A stretch of 64,000 nt of DNA from Geosiphon pyriformis uo1 (taxonomy: Eukaryota > Fungi > Glomeromycota): contig JAAOMT010000571.1 of assembly GCA_016748015.1 (NCBI GenBank), forward strand, positions 871,095-935,094, in the 5' to 3' direction. The notes under the pieces are model-generated. The model was not told the origin of the DNA. It did no database searches and saw only the letters and a list, made by a program, of their open reading frames with translations. Below, in pieces: positions 36,743 through 49,700 of the stretch; within the stretch, counting starts at the first letter, position 1; each line of letters starts with the position of its first letter. The translations under genes were made by a program, and so were the position numbers.

Positions 36743-38909
36743 AATATGATTTACAATATTTAAAAAAAACACTTTGGTTTTGCAACCAAAATTGTTAACA
36801 AAAATTAAGCTTAAAATTGGTTTTGAAATTTTATTAAAAACAATAATACAAATTACTTTCCAATTATTATTAACAAAAAAATTAATATTAAAAAAAATTA
36901 TAAATGTTAGATATATTAAAAACATTATAATAATGCTTTAAAATAAACTAATTAATTATTTAAAATTAAATATACAAAAAAGATTAATTAAGCTATTTAT
37001 TTATTTTTAATCAATATTTTGAATTTATAATTAATTTAAAACAAAAAAATCAAGCAAAAGTAAAAAAACTTAAAGTTTTAGATTAATTAAACAATTTATA
37101 ATTTTAATAAATATAGTTTTTAATATACAAAATAAATTTGATTAAATTTTTAAACTGCCAAAAACAATTACAATTTTACTTTTTAGAAAACATAAAAAAA
37201 AATTTGCAAAAAACATATAATTTTTATTTTTAATATTTATTTATTAGAAAAAATTAAAAAATTTAATATTATTATAGTTAATTTCTTAAAAATTAAAATT
37301 ATATATAATAATATTTTTCAAAAAGAGCTGTTATAAAAAGTCTTAAATTTCACAAAAATTATTAAACACTTTCAAAATTTAAAATAATTTTAACTACTAA
37401 AATTATTATATTATTGTTAAAAAATTATTCTGAATTAATATAAAATAGCTAAAATTATAACAATAAAAGCAATTTAAACAACTTATTATAAAGTATACTA
37501 ACATATTTGCAAAAAATAATAATAATTTAAACAAAACTGATTTGGTTTAACATTAAATTTATATAAAAATACTAAACCAAAATAATAACAAATATATTAA
37601 ATATTATTTTTAGTTACCAATTTATTAGAGAAAAGTACAATAAATGTTTAACAATATATTTATTTAATTTTTAATAAATTCATGACTTTTATCAGTAGTT
37701 TTTATTAAAAAAACAAAATAAAATAATTTTGTGTTAATTATTATTAATTAAATAATATTATAATTAAAAATATTTATTTTTTATCACAAATTAATAATAT
37801 GTTAAATACTTTTAAAAAATTTAAATACTTTTTAACAATAAATCTAGAAAATAAATATTAACAAATTGTTATAAATTTTAAAACTCATTCAAAAACAGTT
37901 TTTATAATACCAAAAAAAACTATAAATTTAATATAATGTTTTTTAAATTGTATAATATATCAGCAATTTTTAATAACTTATAAATATTGTTTATGCTAAA
38001 TTCTTATAACAGTTAATAATTGTTTATTTTAATAATATTAATATTTACTTTTTATTTTTTAAAGATTATTTAGTTAATTTGTAAAAAGTTTTTTAATAAT
38101 TACAAAAATTAAAATTAAAATTAAATATTAAAAAATATTATTTTGAAAAAACAAGTTTGGTTTTTCTTGGTTATATTATTAATAAAAATAATATTTAACC
38201 AAATCCAAAAAAAATTAGTGCTATACAAAATTTTAAAATATGAATTAAAAGCTTAAATAAAATGGTTTAACAATCTTAAATAACAAAAATTTTAATTTAA
38301 TAATTTAAATAATTTTTTGGCATTAATATTATTAAAATTATAAGATTAAGCTTTTTTAAAAATTATATTGGTTAAATTACAAATAATATTTCAAAGCAAA
38401 ATTTATATTAATTTTAAATTTTTAGCTTTTTTAAAATTATAAAAGATAATAAATAAATAAATTATTTTTAATAACAAACTATTTTTAAAACAAGATTACT
38501 TTTTATTATTTATATTTTTATCTAATTTTATTTATTTGTTTTTATAAAACCAAAAATTACAAGTTTAAAAAACTACTTAATCTAATTAAAATTAAAACAG
38601 TATTGTAATTAATATTAAAAAAATCAACAATATTTAAAATTACTTAATTAATTATAACATTAATAAAAAAAGTTAAATCCAAAATATAGTTAATTTTTTT
38701 TAAAAATTTTTATATTATTATTTTAGTTATAAAATTATTTAATAAAAATTATTTAAATTTAAATTTAAACTTTTTTTAAATTTTTTTTTATTAAATATTT
38801 AATGAGTGAAGCCCAACCACTATCTAGTACATAGAGCCAAACTGAAACCCAAACTAAACGTGATTCACATTCTACATGTGGCTAGCCACTCAGGTCAGAC
38901 AAGGCAACA

Positions 38910-41900
38910 CTACACACCTATATTAACCTGTATCTGACCACTCAGACCAGAAAAGAAACAACATGGTTTATGATAACCAAAGCAAACAGCAAAAGATTCA
39001 ATCACCCCGAACAATCTAACAATACCATCAGACAATATCGAGAATACTCCATGAGAGAGCCTAGAAACAACTCCACCATTATGAACCAAACCAGCCTTCT
39101 CCATTACCACCTAGTGACTAGACTTCACCAACCACACTTTGGTACAATGCAATTCTACAACAAACCTTATAAAATCAACAATCTGAGCAACAGCCATCTT
39201 TCTATTATCAAAAACACCACAAGCCTCCTGACACCAATCACTCAACACAAACCTTTTGTAAACCAGAGTGTACAACCCAACATTGACAGAGCATTAAGAT
39301 AAAACCTGCAACACGGCGGATAAAGAAATATTGAAAACACCAGCCAAGGCAGACCAATGGGCAGAAGCCTCAGCCAAGATCTTATCACGAATGCCAGACT
39401 CATGAACACAAGTAAAAGCATGGTCAGAGAACTTTACACCACCACACAGCAAACACAATATACCAGGGTAGTACTTATTATACAACCTTTTTCTAACTGC
39501 CACCAGCAACCTTCTGTGCACAGCTTTCATAAGATAAGTGTGAAGTGTCAAAGATTTATGACTAGTGAAGCCAGTAAGCATATGAGAGTCAAGATGCCAC
39601 ACCTTTGCCATGACAACCCAGTCGATGCAACCAATCAATGCATCAGGAATTACATCATAACCAGGGCCAGCTTCCCAATGAGTATGACAAATTAACCAAA
39701 AAATATTCCTAACAAAATGACAGGCATTACTGGAAACAGCAATACTCTTAGCAACCATAAAACGTTTACGCACACCAGCCAATAGTGAAAAGGAAGAACC
39801 AGAAACAGCCCAAGCAGCCAAGTCAGCTCTCTCATTACCAGAAACCCCAGAATAGTCCTTCACCTTAACCCAACTCACAACAAGATCCTTATCTCTGATT
39901 AGATTGAAAATATGATGCCTCTCTAGCCAGCATTGATTATGGAAATCAGAGCAGACCAAAGACAGCTCAGACACACAAGCATCAATGGCAACTTGGCTGT
40001 CAAGATACAGCACCACAGTACTTGAAAAAGGAACACATTCCAGAAACAAAGTGACAGCCTGCAACTCAGCCATAGTAGATGACAAAAGATCATGAACAGC
40101 AACACCAACACTCAGATCCAGTGCCAGAAAGTATGCAACAGCACTACTGGCAACCTCAGCAGAGCCAGCATTCCTCAAAAACCCATCTGTAAAAACCTCA
40201 AAAAAACCAGATCAAACATCATGCAATCCATCCTTAACAGCAGAAAACTTCTCAGATCCCAAAATGTCCAAGCCACACAACCCATCAGAGCCAGTAGAAC
40301 AAGAAGACGAGAAGCCTTAACTCTTTAAAAACTCAGAAGAAACCGCAAACTAGTGAGACACAGAACCATGCGGGTCCAATTTTTTTCAACAGTGAAAAGT
40401 CTTCCAATCCAACAAGCCACCCTTTTTATCAAAAAGCTGATCACCAAAAGCAACACCAAAATGCTTAAAAGATTTGACCAAATCAAAGTACAGGGACTTC
40501 CCAAGAATAAATAATAAAGGAAAGTAACCAGAACTATAAAATGCAGTGAGAAAATTGTTTACCAAAGACAGTTCATTGCTCAAAAAAATCTTTACCACTC
40601 CAGCCAAAAAATTGTTTACTGGATTAACACACAACCTGATAGGAAACTGCAAAGGATTCAAAGAAGCCCAACCAAGAACTTACAAATCCAAAAATCTATA
40701 ACTAAACAAATGCCCAAGAATACTAGAAGCATTAGAGAATACAATCAGAGCAGCCACCTTCCCTTCAGACTGCACTTGTTTAAAGGGTTTCAGCCCATAT
40801 AATGAAGAATGATACAAAGCAACATCAGAAAAGTTATGGGGAAGGTGAGCTTTAGCTCTAAGACACTTCCTAACTAAGACATCCTACTTGTGACAAACAC
40901 TAGGAGAGATAAAACTGAACTGCATACAATAGTTGACAATAGACTACAAAACAGCCAAAACCAAATATGAAAACTGCTTATTGGTAATAGCCTTTCTTAG
41001 TACAACATTAACAAAGAAACGAATGTCTGCATGAGCTTTAACAACACTTGGCTTGGACAACCCCTCTGTAGACAAAAAGATACCCAGATAACAATGTGAC
41101 TCACCCTTTTTAGCTATCAAAATTGGCTGACCACAAATACTCAATGAAGCAATCTTAACACCCTGATTTATGGGGATAGCCACTGTTTTTTCACTGTTAA
41201 TAGAAATATCATTGATCACAAAAAATTTACTGACAATGTTCAACGCATATTGAGTAGAGGCCTGACAATTCCCAACCCAGATAGTATCATTAACAAATGC
41301 ACCAGCTGAAAAATAAGAAGTCAAACCACTATCATCCTCGATTCTGTCATTTTTTAAAACAAACTTAGTATTAATTCAGTACCCACACAATTGTTTATGC
41401 CTTTTGACTTTACACAAAAGCGGATCATAGAAGATTCTCCACAGAAGAGGTAAAAAGACCTCACCCTAATCCAGCCTATCATGCATCTTGTAACTACCAG
41501 ATAAACCAAAATTAGTCATAACCCTGTTAATTCTATCCTTGTAAATACCACCAAAAAACTTAATGAATCTCTCACACATCTTGACACGCCATAAGCTAGT
41601 TCTCAAATGATACCATCCAACTGAATTATAGGCCTTCTGCATATCTTGTAAGACTAATCATACTTCTCTATTCTTCTCAATAGTATTTTTAACTACCGAC
41701 CCAACAGCAAACACTGAAGATTGTGTGGATGTACCCTTCAACACCAAAAATTGTCACTCTGAAGAACGTTGAATCTGCTACAAACCACCGAGATATGATT
41801 GAATAGAACCTTTGAAAGAATCTTCCTGGCAGTCTCAATCAAAGCAATGGGCCGAGTGTTTGTAAGAACCCCATCTCAGTCATAAGGCTTAGGAATCATT

Positions 41901-43600
41901 GAAACCCATGCCCTTTTCCACAAAACAGGTACCACACTAACAGATAAACACACATTGAATAAAGCCAACAAGCACCCCAAAACTATCTTACCACCACATT
42001 TTTACAACTCATTTAGAATACTGGATAAACCAGCAGCCTTGCCATCAGGCAGACCACCAACAACTGAAAGCAACTCACTCATACTGACAGCACACATAAT
42101 ACCAGAAAAGGCATCATCCTGAACATAGTCCAATGGAGTGTACTAACAAGCCCAAAGATCAGGTAGCACCGAATGCACTAAGCGTTTCCTCGTCCACCCT
42201 TTCATAATCTTGTCTACACTAGACTTCACCTCCTTAGACTCCAACATCAATTTGTTATCAACCACTAAGTGATCTAACACCATCTTGCAAAATGGCCTTT
42301 CCAACACACTCTTGATCATACCACCTTTGTTCAAACAAAAATTTTCCATGCACTTCTCAATTGCAATTCTAATGGAAACTTCTTTGGTCAGCCTTGACTC
42401 AAACATCTTTGATCTCCTGTAATCCCTGTGAACTGATGACAAATGCTTAAAAATAACATCAGATTTCACTTTTGACCCTAACAAGTCAACAAAAGCACAA
42501 GTCTTATCATTATCAAGAGTTCACCACCTACACACAAGGTGATTTATATCAGGCAAATTACCAGAGTGAAATTTCTTAATGACCTTGGTCACCAACAATT
42601 CCAAACCAAAGAACTTAGAGGAATGCCTGTTTTTTGTACAATCAAACTTGCTAAACCACTGTCTCAAAAACAATGCATTAGCAGACTCCACCAAGACCTT
42701 CTCCAAAACTGCCCACATAGCATCCACATTGCCACAGTTTTTAGCACCAGAGAACACATCACTCAACAATAAGAGCTTAGATGAGAAGAGATCCTTAAAC
42801 TTAGCCTATTTAACACAGTCAGCATCTTTGATTTTGAACTTCCAATGATTTCTATTAGCCTGTCTATGCATGCTATTCAATTCAGCATCTAGGAGTCCAC
42901 CTAAACCAACTGACACCACAACTGCCCTGTGATTAGTGTCAAAGAAGTCCAAAACAGAAACAACTTGATGACCAGCCATAGCAGAAGACAAATCACTACT
43001 AACAAAAATATAATCAATTGTTTTTCCAACCCCTCTTGAGTTGCTCCATGTAGAAGCTCCAACCAAATGATGACTGAAAAATGAGTTAACCAAACCCAAA
43101 TCCAAACAGAATTTGAAACTTGCACTCTTACTAGATCCATTCTCATTAAAGTCCCCACCCAAAATGACAAAAAAGCTGGAATTGACAGTCTTTGCAATAA
43201 GAGAGTTAACCTCAGAAGACTGATCAAATCTAACCCCAGGAGAAACACCAGCATACAACTTTAGAAGAGTAACCAAGAGCCTGCTCTTAAACAAGAGTCG
43301 AACAGAAATGACTCGACCAGAAATCTCCTCAACTTTTGAAACATGACGAGCCAGAGAATTGTTCATGATTACAGCAACACCAGCCCCAAGATAACCAACA
43401 TCCAAACCAGAAGTAAAAATTCGAACTCCATCAAACTTATCCTTAATTTATGGCCCAAAAAAGGCTCTTAAGTTCATTTTGGTAACAAAAGAAACCATAT
43501 TTCCAGAACTCACATGCCAACAAACAATGTCTGCTTGCTTAGTAGGGACATTGATACCTCGAACATTACATGTAGCAAATTTCCAGATCAGACTGGTTAT
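38910..43600 (-). pseudogene. LINE-4 ORF2 (APE-RT-RNase H-zinc knuckle)
   Basis: LGGDFNE, TIDYIFV, GAFVNDTIW, AELQA, LDSQ, WVKVKDYSGVSGNERAD, CLLC..HAFTC. Confidence 0.92.
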
Positions 43601-45562
43601 TGGGATGAAGATGGGAGAGAACAATCTGGATCAGAGCACAAGAAATCTAATCTTGCCAGGACAGAACTAACTGAAGCTTCCAAAGCAGACATTTTAGATT
43701 CTAAACCACCCATTTTGGAGGTAAAAACCCTTGAACCACTCGAACTGAGAACAGCAGTAGACTCATCAGCACCAGAAAAGGGGGGAGCAGATACAGTCGG
43801 CTCATCATCCAGAGTCATATCCAAATTCACAACCAAAACCACAGACACAGAAACAACCAGAGACACACTTCCAAAAAGAGGCACCAATGGCACCAATTTG
43901 ACAAAACTGAGTTTTTTCAAAATACCAAAAACCTGATCTGCTAAAATCTCTAAAGAGTGTTTTAAAGCTGCCAAACAATTGCCTAATTGAGACACGACAA
44001 GAGGATTAGACATTAATAAAGAAGGAACCAAACCAGGATACAAATCAGTGCCAAAAGAACCAGAGGAAAACACACGAGAGGTGACACCACCAGCAACTTA
44101 AGTCCAAGTTTTATCAGTGAAAGACACAGGACATGAAATAAGTGCTTGCTTTTTTTTATAAATGCCAGCCAATCGAACTCGATCTTGATCAAAAATTACC
44201 CATTTTCCATGAACACCAAAATTCCCACCCACAGGACAGATGGCAGTGACATGACCAAATTGTTCACACTTGATACAACAGGCCAAACAAAGACCAGCCC
44301 AGTGCAAGTTCACAATCTTGAAAACTGGAACCAAACCAATAGCAGCCAATTTGGCCACTTTACTTTCAAAACAGATTACAGCACACCAAACACAAGCATA
44401 TGATGTAAAATCATGGCCAATAACACAAGTTTTCCCACCATAGGTCTCCACCAAGTCCGAAAGATCATGAGCAGTCATACCAACTGGAAAAGTATACAGC
44501 AAAGCACGATAATGGTTTCTTGAAATCCATAATTCTTTGTCATTTACCACTAAAGTCACATGCACAGAATCTTTTCTCACAAGAACAGATCACTTAGAAG
44601 CAACCAAACAAGCAATTTCAGTTGATTCAAATTCAACTACAGCTTTTTGCTATAAACCAATCAGCTGCATCCTGATAAAAATAACCTTGCCAAATTTGGA
44701 AAACACAGTCTCTATTGCTGATTTAAGAAGATTGACTGAAATCTCCTTGATGATTATCTTCTAATCTGTATGGCTGTTTACTTTTTTGAGATCAGTGTTG
44801 ACAACAACTTTTTCATTGATTGCCATTAATTTGGCTTTATTCAAACTAGATTCACTTATGAAGGTCAATCTTATGATTCCAGGAAATTTTGAGGGAGTTG
44901 AAGCACTCCCAAAGCCATCAATATGATAAAAAATTTTCTTAATTGAAATCAACTTATTACTATTAGTTTTTCCAGACACATTTGACAACTCTACATCCAA
45001 GGCAAACAATTTAACTGGTTCAAAAGCGCAATGTTCCAAAACACGTGAAATCACAAGTGGCCACTGATTGGATCCAGCAAATTTAGCTCCAGGAAGCACC
45101 AACTCAGTATTGTCGTCACTCATGCTTGCGAAGGAAATCGCCTTTGGTGGCTGTCCCAGAATGAAGGTTCTTGTTCATGTTTTCCTAGGAGTTGTATCGT
45201 CTTCTATTTCATCAGTCTCAGAAGTGTTGGGGTCCATATAACTCGTCTTCTCAGCAACTGTGCTTTCTAAATTCTCGGCATCTAACACTTCACTAACACC
45301 CACTTTCTCACTATTCACCTCATTTCCTCAAGATCTCTACAGTCCAACACCATCACCATATAGTATATTCATTAAGAATAGGCTGTCTGACAAGTCCACA
45401 ATGCCACCAGAAACACCAGACAACTTTGTTTTTTTGTATAAAGAACCATGCAAGTATACTCTCAACGTGTACTTTAATTTTTTTACTGCCAGACTGGAAC
45501 CCCAACCCAGCCAAACTCAAACTTAAAGTGCCAGCAGAAAAGCTCACTAGATCTATAGGCAC
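43597..45562 (-). pseudogene. LINE-4 ORF1
   Basis: Fragments 45353-45562, 44761-45123, 44098-44580 (CIKCEQFGHVTAIC CCHC knuckle) and 43597-44073 ending SQ*. Confidence 0.85.
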
Positions 45563-46701
45563 AAATAAAAATACATTTGAAGAAATAATGAAAGAGACAA
45601 GAAGAAAAAAAGATAAGAAAGGCTATCTTTTCAACAACTCCAAGCTCTCATTGTGGTCAAGGGATCAACAAAAGAAAGAGTCTTTATTTTAGATTTTTTT
45701 TAAAATTAATACTTTTTAAAATTATTTTTATTGAAATTATTATTTAAAATAACAAAAAAAAATTATTAATAGTTTTAATTATCAAAAAATTAATAATATT
45801 AATTTGAACAAATTTAACTTCCAAAATATATTAATATAAAAGTTTAAAATTAAGACTAAAAATTTATTTTTGAAAAATAATCCAATTAATTAGCTATCTT
45901 AGTAATTTTGTATATATATTTAACTAAATTAATATTTATAATAATTGTTATATTAAAATTCAAATAATAAAAATTTTGGCCAAAAACAAAAACTTTAATA
46001 TTATTAAATTTATTTTTAATTTATAACTTAATTTTTTAATTTTTGTTTTAGTATAGTAAATATCAAATTATTTAATTTATTATAACATTTTATAATGTCT
46101 TTTTGTTTTGTAAAATTATTTATTTTTTTTATATTATACATGATAATTTTCTAGAAAAATTCTTATTTAATTTTACTATTATTATAGCAATAAAGTTTAA
46201 AAACTTAAAAATATTAGTTTTAAAACTATCTAATTAAAAAATAACATAAATAAAAACACTAAATCTATTAATAATATATTAATAGTTTTTTTGAAAAAAT
46301 TGTTTAAAATTATGTTAAAATTAGAAACTAAATTTACAAAAAAAGTTTTTTAAATTATAAAAAAAACAAAATATTTAATTTTTTAAGCATTAAGAAAACT
46401 TAATCAAAAAAGAGCTTTAATCTTCTTTTTAACTTATTTAATCATAAAATTGCTAATAAAAAATATTATTAAAAAAGTTTTTAATAAAAATAAAACTTAT
46501 TTATTATTATTATTAAAAGTTTAATTAAAAAACATTATTTAAGTCCAAAATTTGTTAAAAACAACTAAATTTTTTTTTTTAACATTTTATGAGTGCAGTT
46601 TAAACACTATCTAGTGCTATACATCAAAAAAATAATTTATACTAAGCATGAATCATATATTTACTACATGTGACCAGCCACTTGGGCTGATTAGAACATT
46701 A

Positions 46702-49700
46702 CTATACAGTTATATGAACAGAAACAGAGTCATTTATATCCGAGAAAAATAAACATGATTTGCAAAAACCAAAACAAACACCTAATGTCTCAGCGATGCC
46801 AAGCAATTTGACCACACCAGCAGAAAACTCTGAAACCAAATCCAAAACTGTTGCAAGAGCCAAACCATCCAGTAGAATTAAGTTGGCTTTCTCCATATAG
46901 GCTCAATGTTTAACACAGACCAATCAGATATTATCTCTAAAAGTGATACCAAGAGATCTCACAAACTTAATAATCTCCAAACCAGCAATCTTTGGATCAT
47001 GAAAAATGGAGACAGCTTTGTGAAACCAACCATTAAACACAAAACCCTTATAAAAGGCCATAGAGACCGAGAAATCAAAAACACAAGATAACAACAGCTG
47101 CAATACACAAGAAGAAGAATGAGATAAACCAGAAAGAGTTTTCCAAGAATTGACATAAGAGTCCAATATATGGGATCGAGTAGAATTGTCAATTTTACAA
47201 AAAAACACATGATCCAAAGTTTCTACCTTGTCACAATATAAACAAAGCACACTAGAATAATGTCTGTTGTATAGGCACTTCTGAACTACAACAGAAAGCC
47301 AATAATGCAAAGCTTTCATAAAATAAGTACGGATGCCAGTCGAAGATTTGCTAGTAAAACTGGTGTTACCAGAGGTTTTTGGTCTCTTCTTAGCTCTTGT
47401 ATATTTGTTGTAATACTGTTAATTCATGACTATAGGAAGTGTTTAAACCTCCAATAACTGAATTTTATCTTCAAATTATCTCCTATAATTTGAACTGCTG
47501 GGCTTATAAGTGGAATGGCCAATTTCATGCCAGTTGCTTTGTGTAGTTACATTGTAGTAAATGTCAACTCTTTCCCAGGAATTGCTCATCTGAAAGCTCT
47601 CTAAAAATATGTAGTTACTTTGCTGTGAAAGTCAACTCTTCTACAGGAATCTCATCTGTAAGTTACCCTAATGATTATGATAAGAAAATAAAAGAAAAAT
47701 AAAAGAAATGTAAAAGAAAATTGAATTCTGTCAAGGAAATTGTTTTTGATCCAGGCCTGGAGTTACTAACAGTTTATTGAAATTGGTAGCTAATTAATTT
47801 CAAAACGTTAGTTGGGTTTTGAGAATTTTCCAAGTGTAATAATTTAAAGAATTTGGTTTTTCAAATTATTTGATATTTATTTTGTTTTTGTGTGTAAAAA
47901 ATGATTCTAATTGTTAAATCTGAAGTAAGATACATTTTCTTGAAGAGAAAAGCTCTTTTTTTATACAACTTGTCATAACACTATTCTATGAACTTGAACT
48001 TTGCTATTTTCTACAATTTTGCTGAACTAAAGATATATTTCAGTAAACTACAAGTTATTTTTGCAAACTATTAGATATTTCGGTGAACTATCAATTATTT
48101 TGGCAAATTTCTACAAATTTCGGTGAACTTTTTGAATGTTACATAGTTCGGGGTATTGCATGATTGATCATCACAATTAGGTTACATTTATGTTATGTGC
48201 AAATTGGATTATTAATTAAATGATAATTTCGGACATTTTGCTAATGTAATAAGTAATAATTTGAACCGATAATATATGCTAATTAATGATAGGGATTATA
48301 AAGATAATTTCATGTTAAATAATATCTCTAATTTTGTCTGGTAACACCAGTGGCTATATGCAAATCAGGATGCCAAACCAGTGAAGAGCAGGGCCAATCT
48401 ACCTCAGAAATCAAGCTATTAGCCAAGAACTTAGAGCCAGAATCAACTTCCCAACATGTGCAACAAATGAAGTGATAAATATTGTGAACAAAATGTCTGG
48501 AATTTTCAGAAACTACACTATTATCAGCAACTATAAAATGTTCATCTAAGTGAGAAATAAGATGCTGATCAGAAAGAGAAGCAGCACCAACAATCAAGTC
48601 AGCATGCTCATTTCTGGAAATGCCAGAGTGACCTTTTACTTTGTGCCAACTGACACTTAAGTTCTTACATCTAACAACATTTGCAATATGTCAGCACTCT
48701 ACCCAGCACTGATTGCAAAAATCTGGACACACAAGACTCAATTCAGACTTGCACGCATTCAGAGCAGATTGACTATCTAAGAACAACCAAACAGAACTAG
48801 ATGCGGGAACACACTCCAAGGCCAATGCAATATTCTGCAATTCTGCCAGAGTAGATAACATCAAACCTGAAACACCAACACTAAGGTCCAAACCAATGTT
48901 CTCGAAAAAAGCGGCAGCACCAGCCCTACAGTCTGATGTGCCCAAATTCTTCAGAGATCCATCTGTGTATACAAATATGTCATTTAACCCAACACTAGAA
49001 AGACAGTCACAAATAGAAACAAAATCATCAGAGTCAAGAATGTTCAGAAAAACATCACCATTCGAAGCTAGAAGACCAGCAGAGGGAGAATTCACACTAT
49101 TGAGAAAAGTCATTGCAAGCTTGAACCACTCAGGGATGAGGCCATGGGGGTCAAGTTTTTTCCACTGTTTGAAAATGTACCAATCAAGTACAGCACCATG
49201 ACGATTATGAAGTTGGTCCACAAAAGCAACACCAAACTTCCAGAGAGAAGGAAAAGACCTGGAAAACATTAACTCACCCAGAATGGAAGACATGGGAATG
49301 CTACCACAGGACTGAAAAGAGTTGGCCAAAGAGCCACCCAAAGACAAGTTGCAATTAAAAAAAATATGAACCATGCCTACCAAAAAGTTATTAAAAGCAC
49401 TAACATGAACATGAACAGGAGAATTCAATGGATGAACAGGATGCCAACACCAGACTTGCAAATCATGAGACCTATGCACAAACAGGTGACCCAAAATCCC
49501 ACCAGAGTTCACAAAACTGACAAAAAAGACAACCTTGCATTCAGACTGGACTTGCAAAAAAGATTTCAAACCATAAAAAGAAGAGTGATGAAGTGTATCA
49601 CTAGGAAAGTTAAGGGAGAGACCAGACTTAAGCTTCAAGTCCTTATGAATCAGAGCATCCTATTTGCTACAGATGCTGACCAGAACAAAACTAAATTGTG

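Larger units (their letters stand above)
19309..38240 (+). mobile_element. Ghost (hypermutated) family-B Gypsy element, split by LINE-2, LINE-3 and a LINE stub
   Basis: AT-rich segments align collinearly with Gypsy-B: LTR ~19309-19840 plus 26647-27036, PBS remnant, gag knuckle ~27050, protease ~27630-27930, Cys region ~28250-28400 and 36020-36500, dUTPase ~36600-37050, RT ~37500-38240. Differences are mostly G>A and C>T. Confidence 0.85.
38781..45689 (-). mobile_element. Full-length LINE-4
   Basis: Poly(T) at 38781, 3' UTR, ORF2 38910-43600, ORF1 43597-~45562. Approximate TSD TA(A/G)A(C/T)TTTTTTTAAA on both sides. Confidence 0.9.

Noticed and set aside
39357-40328. Antisense and alternate-frame ORFs overlapping LINE and Gypsy genes (many in the ORF track)
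   Set aside because: Shadow ORFs of biased-composition coding strands; not conserved between copies and without motifs.
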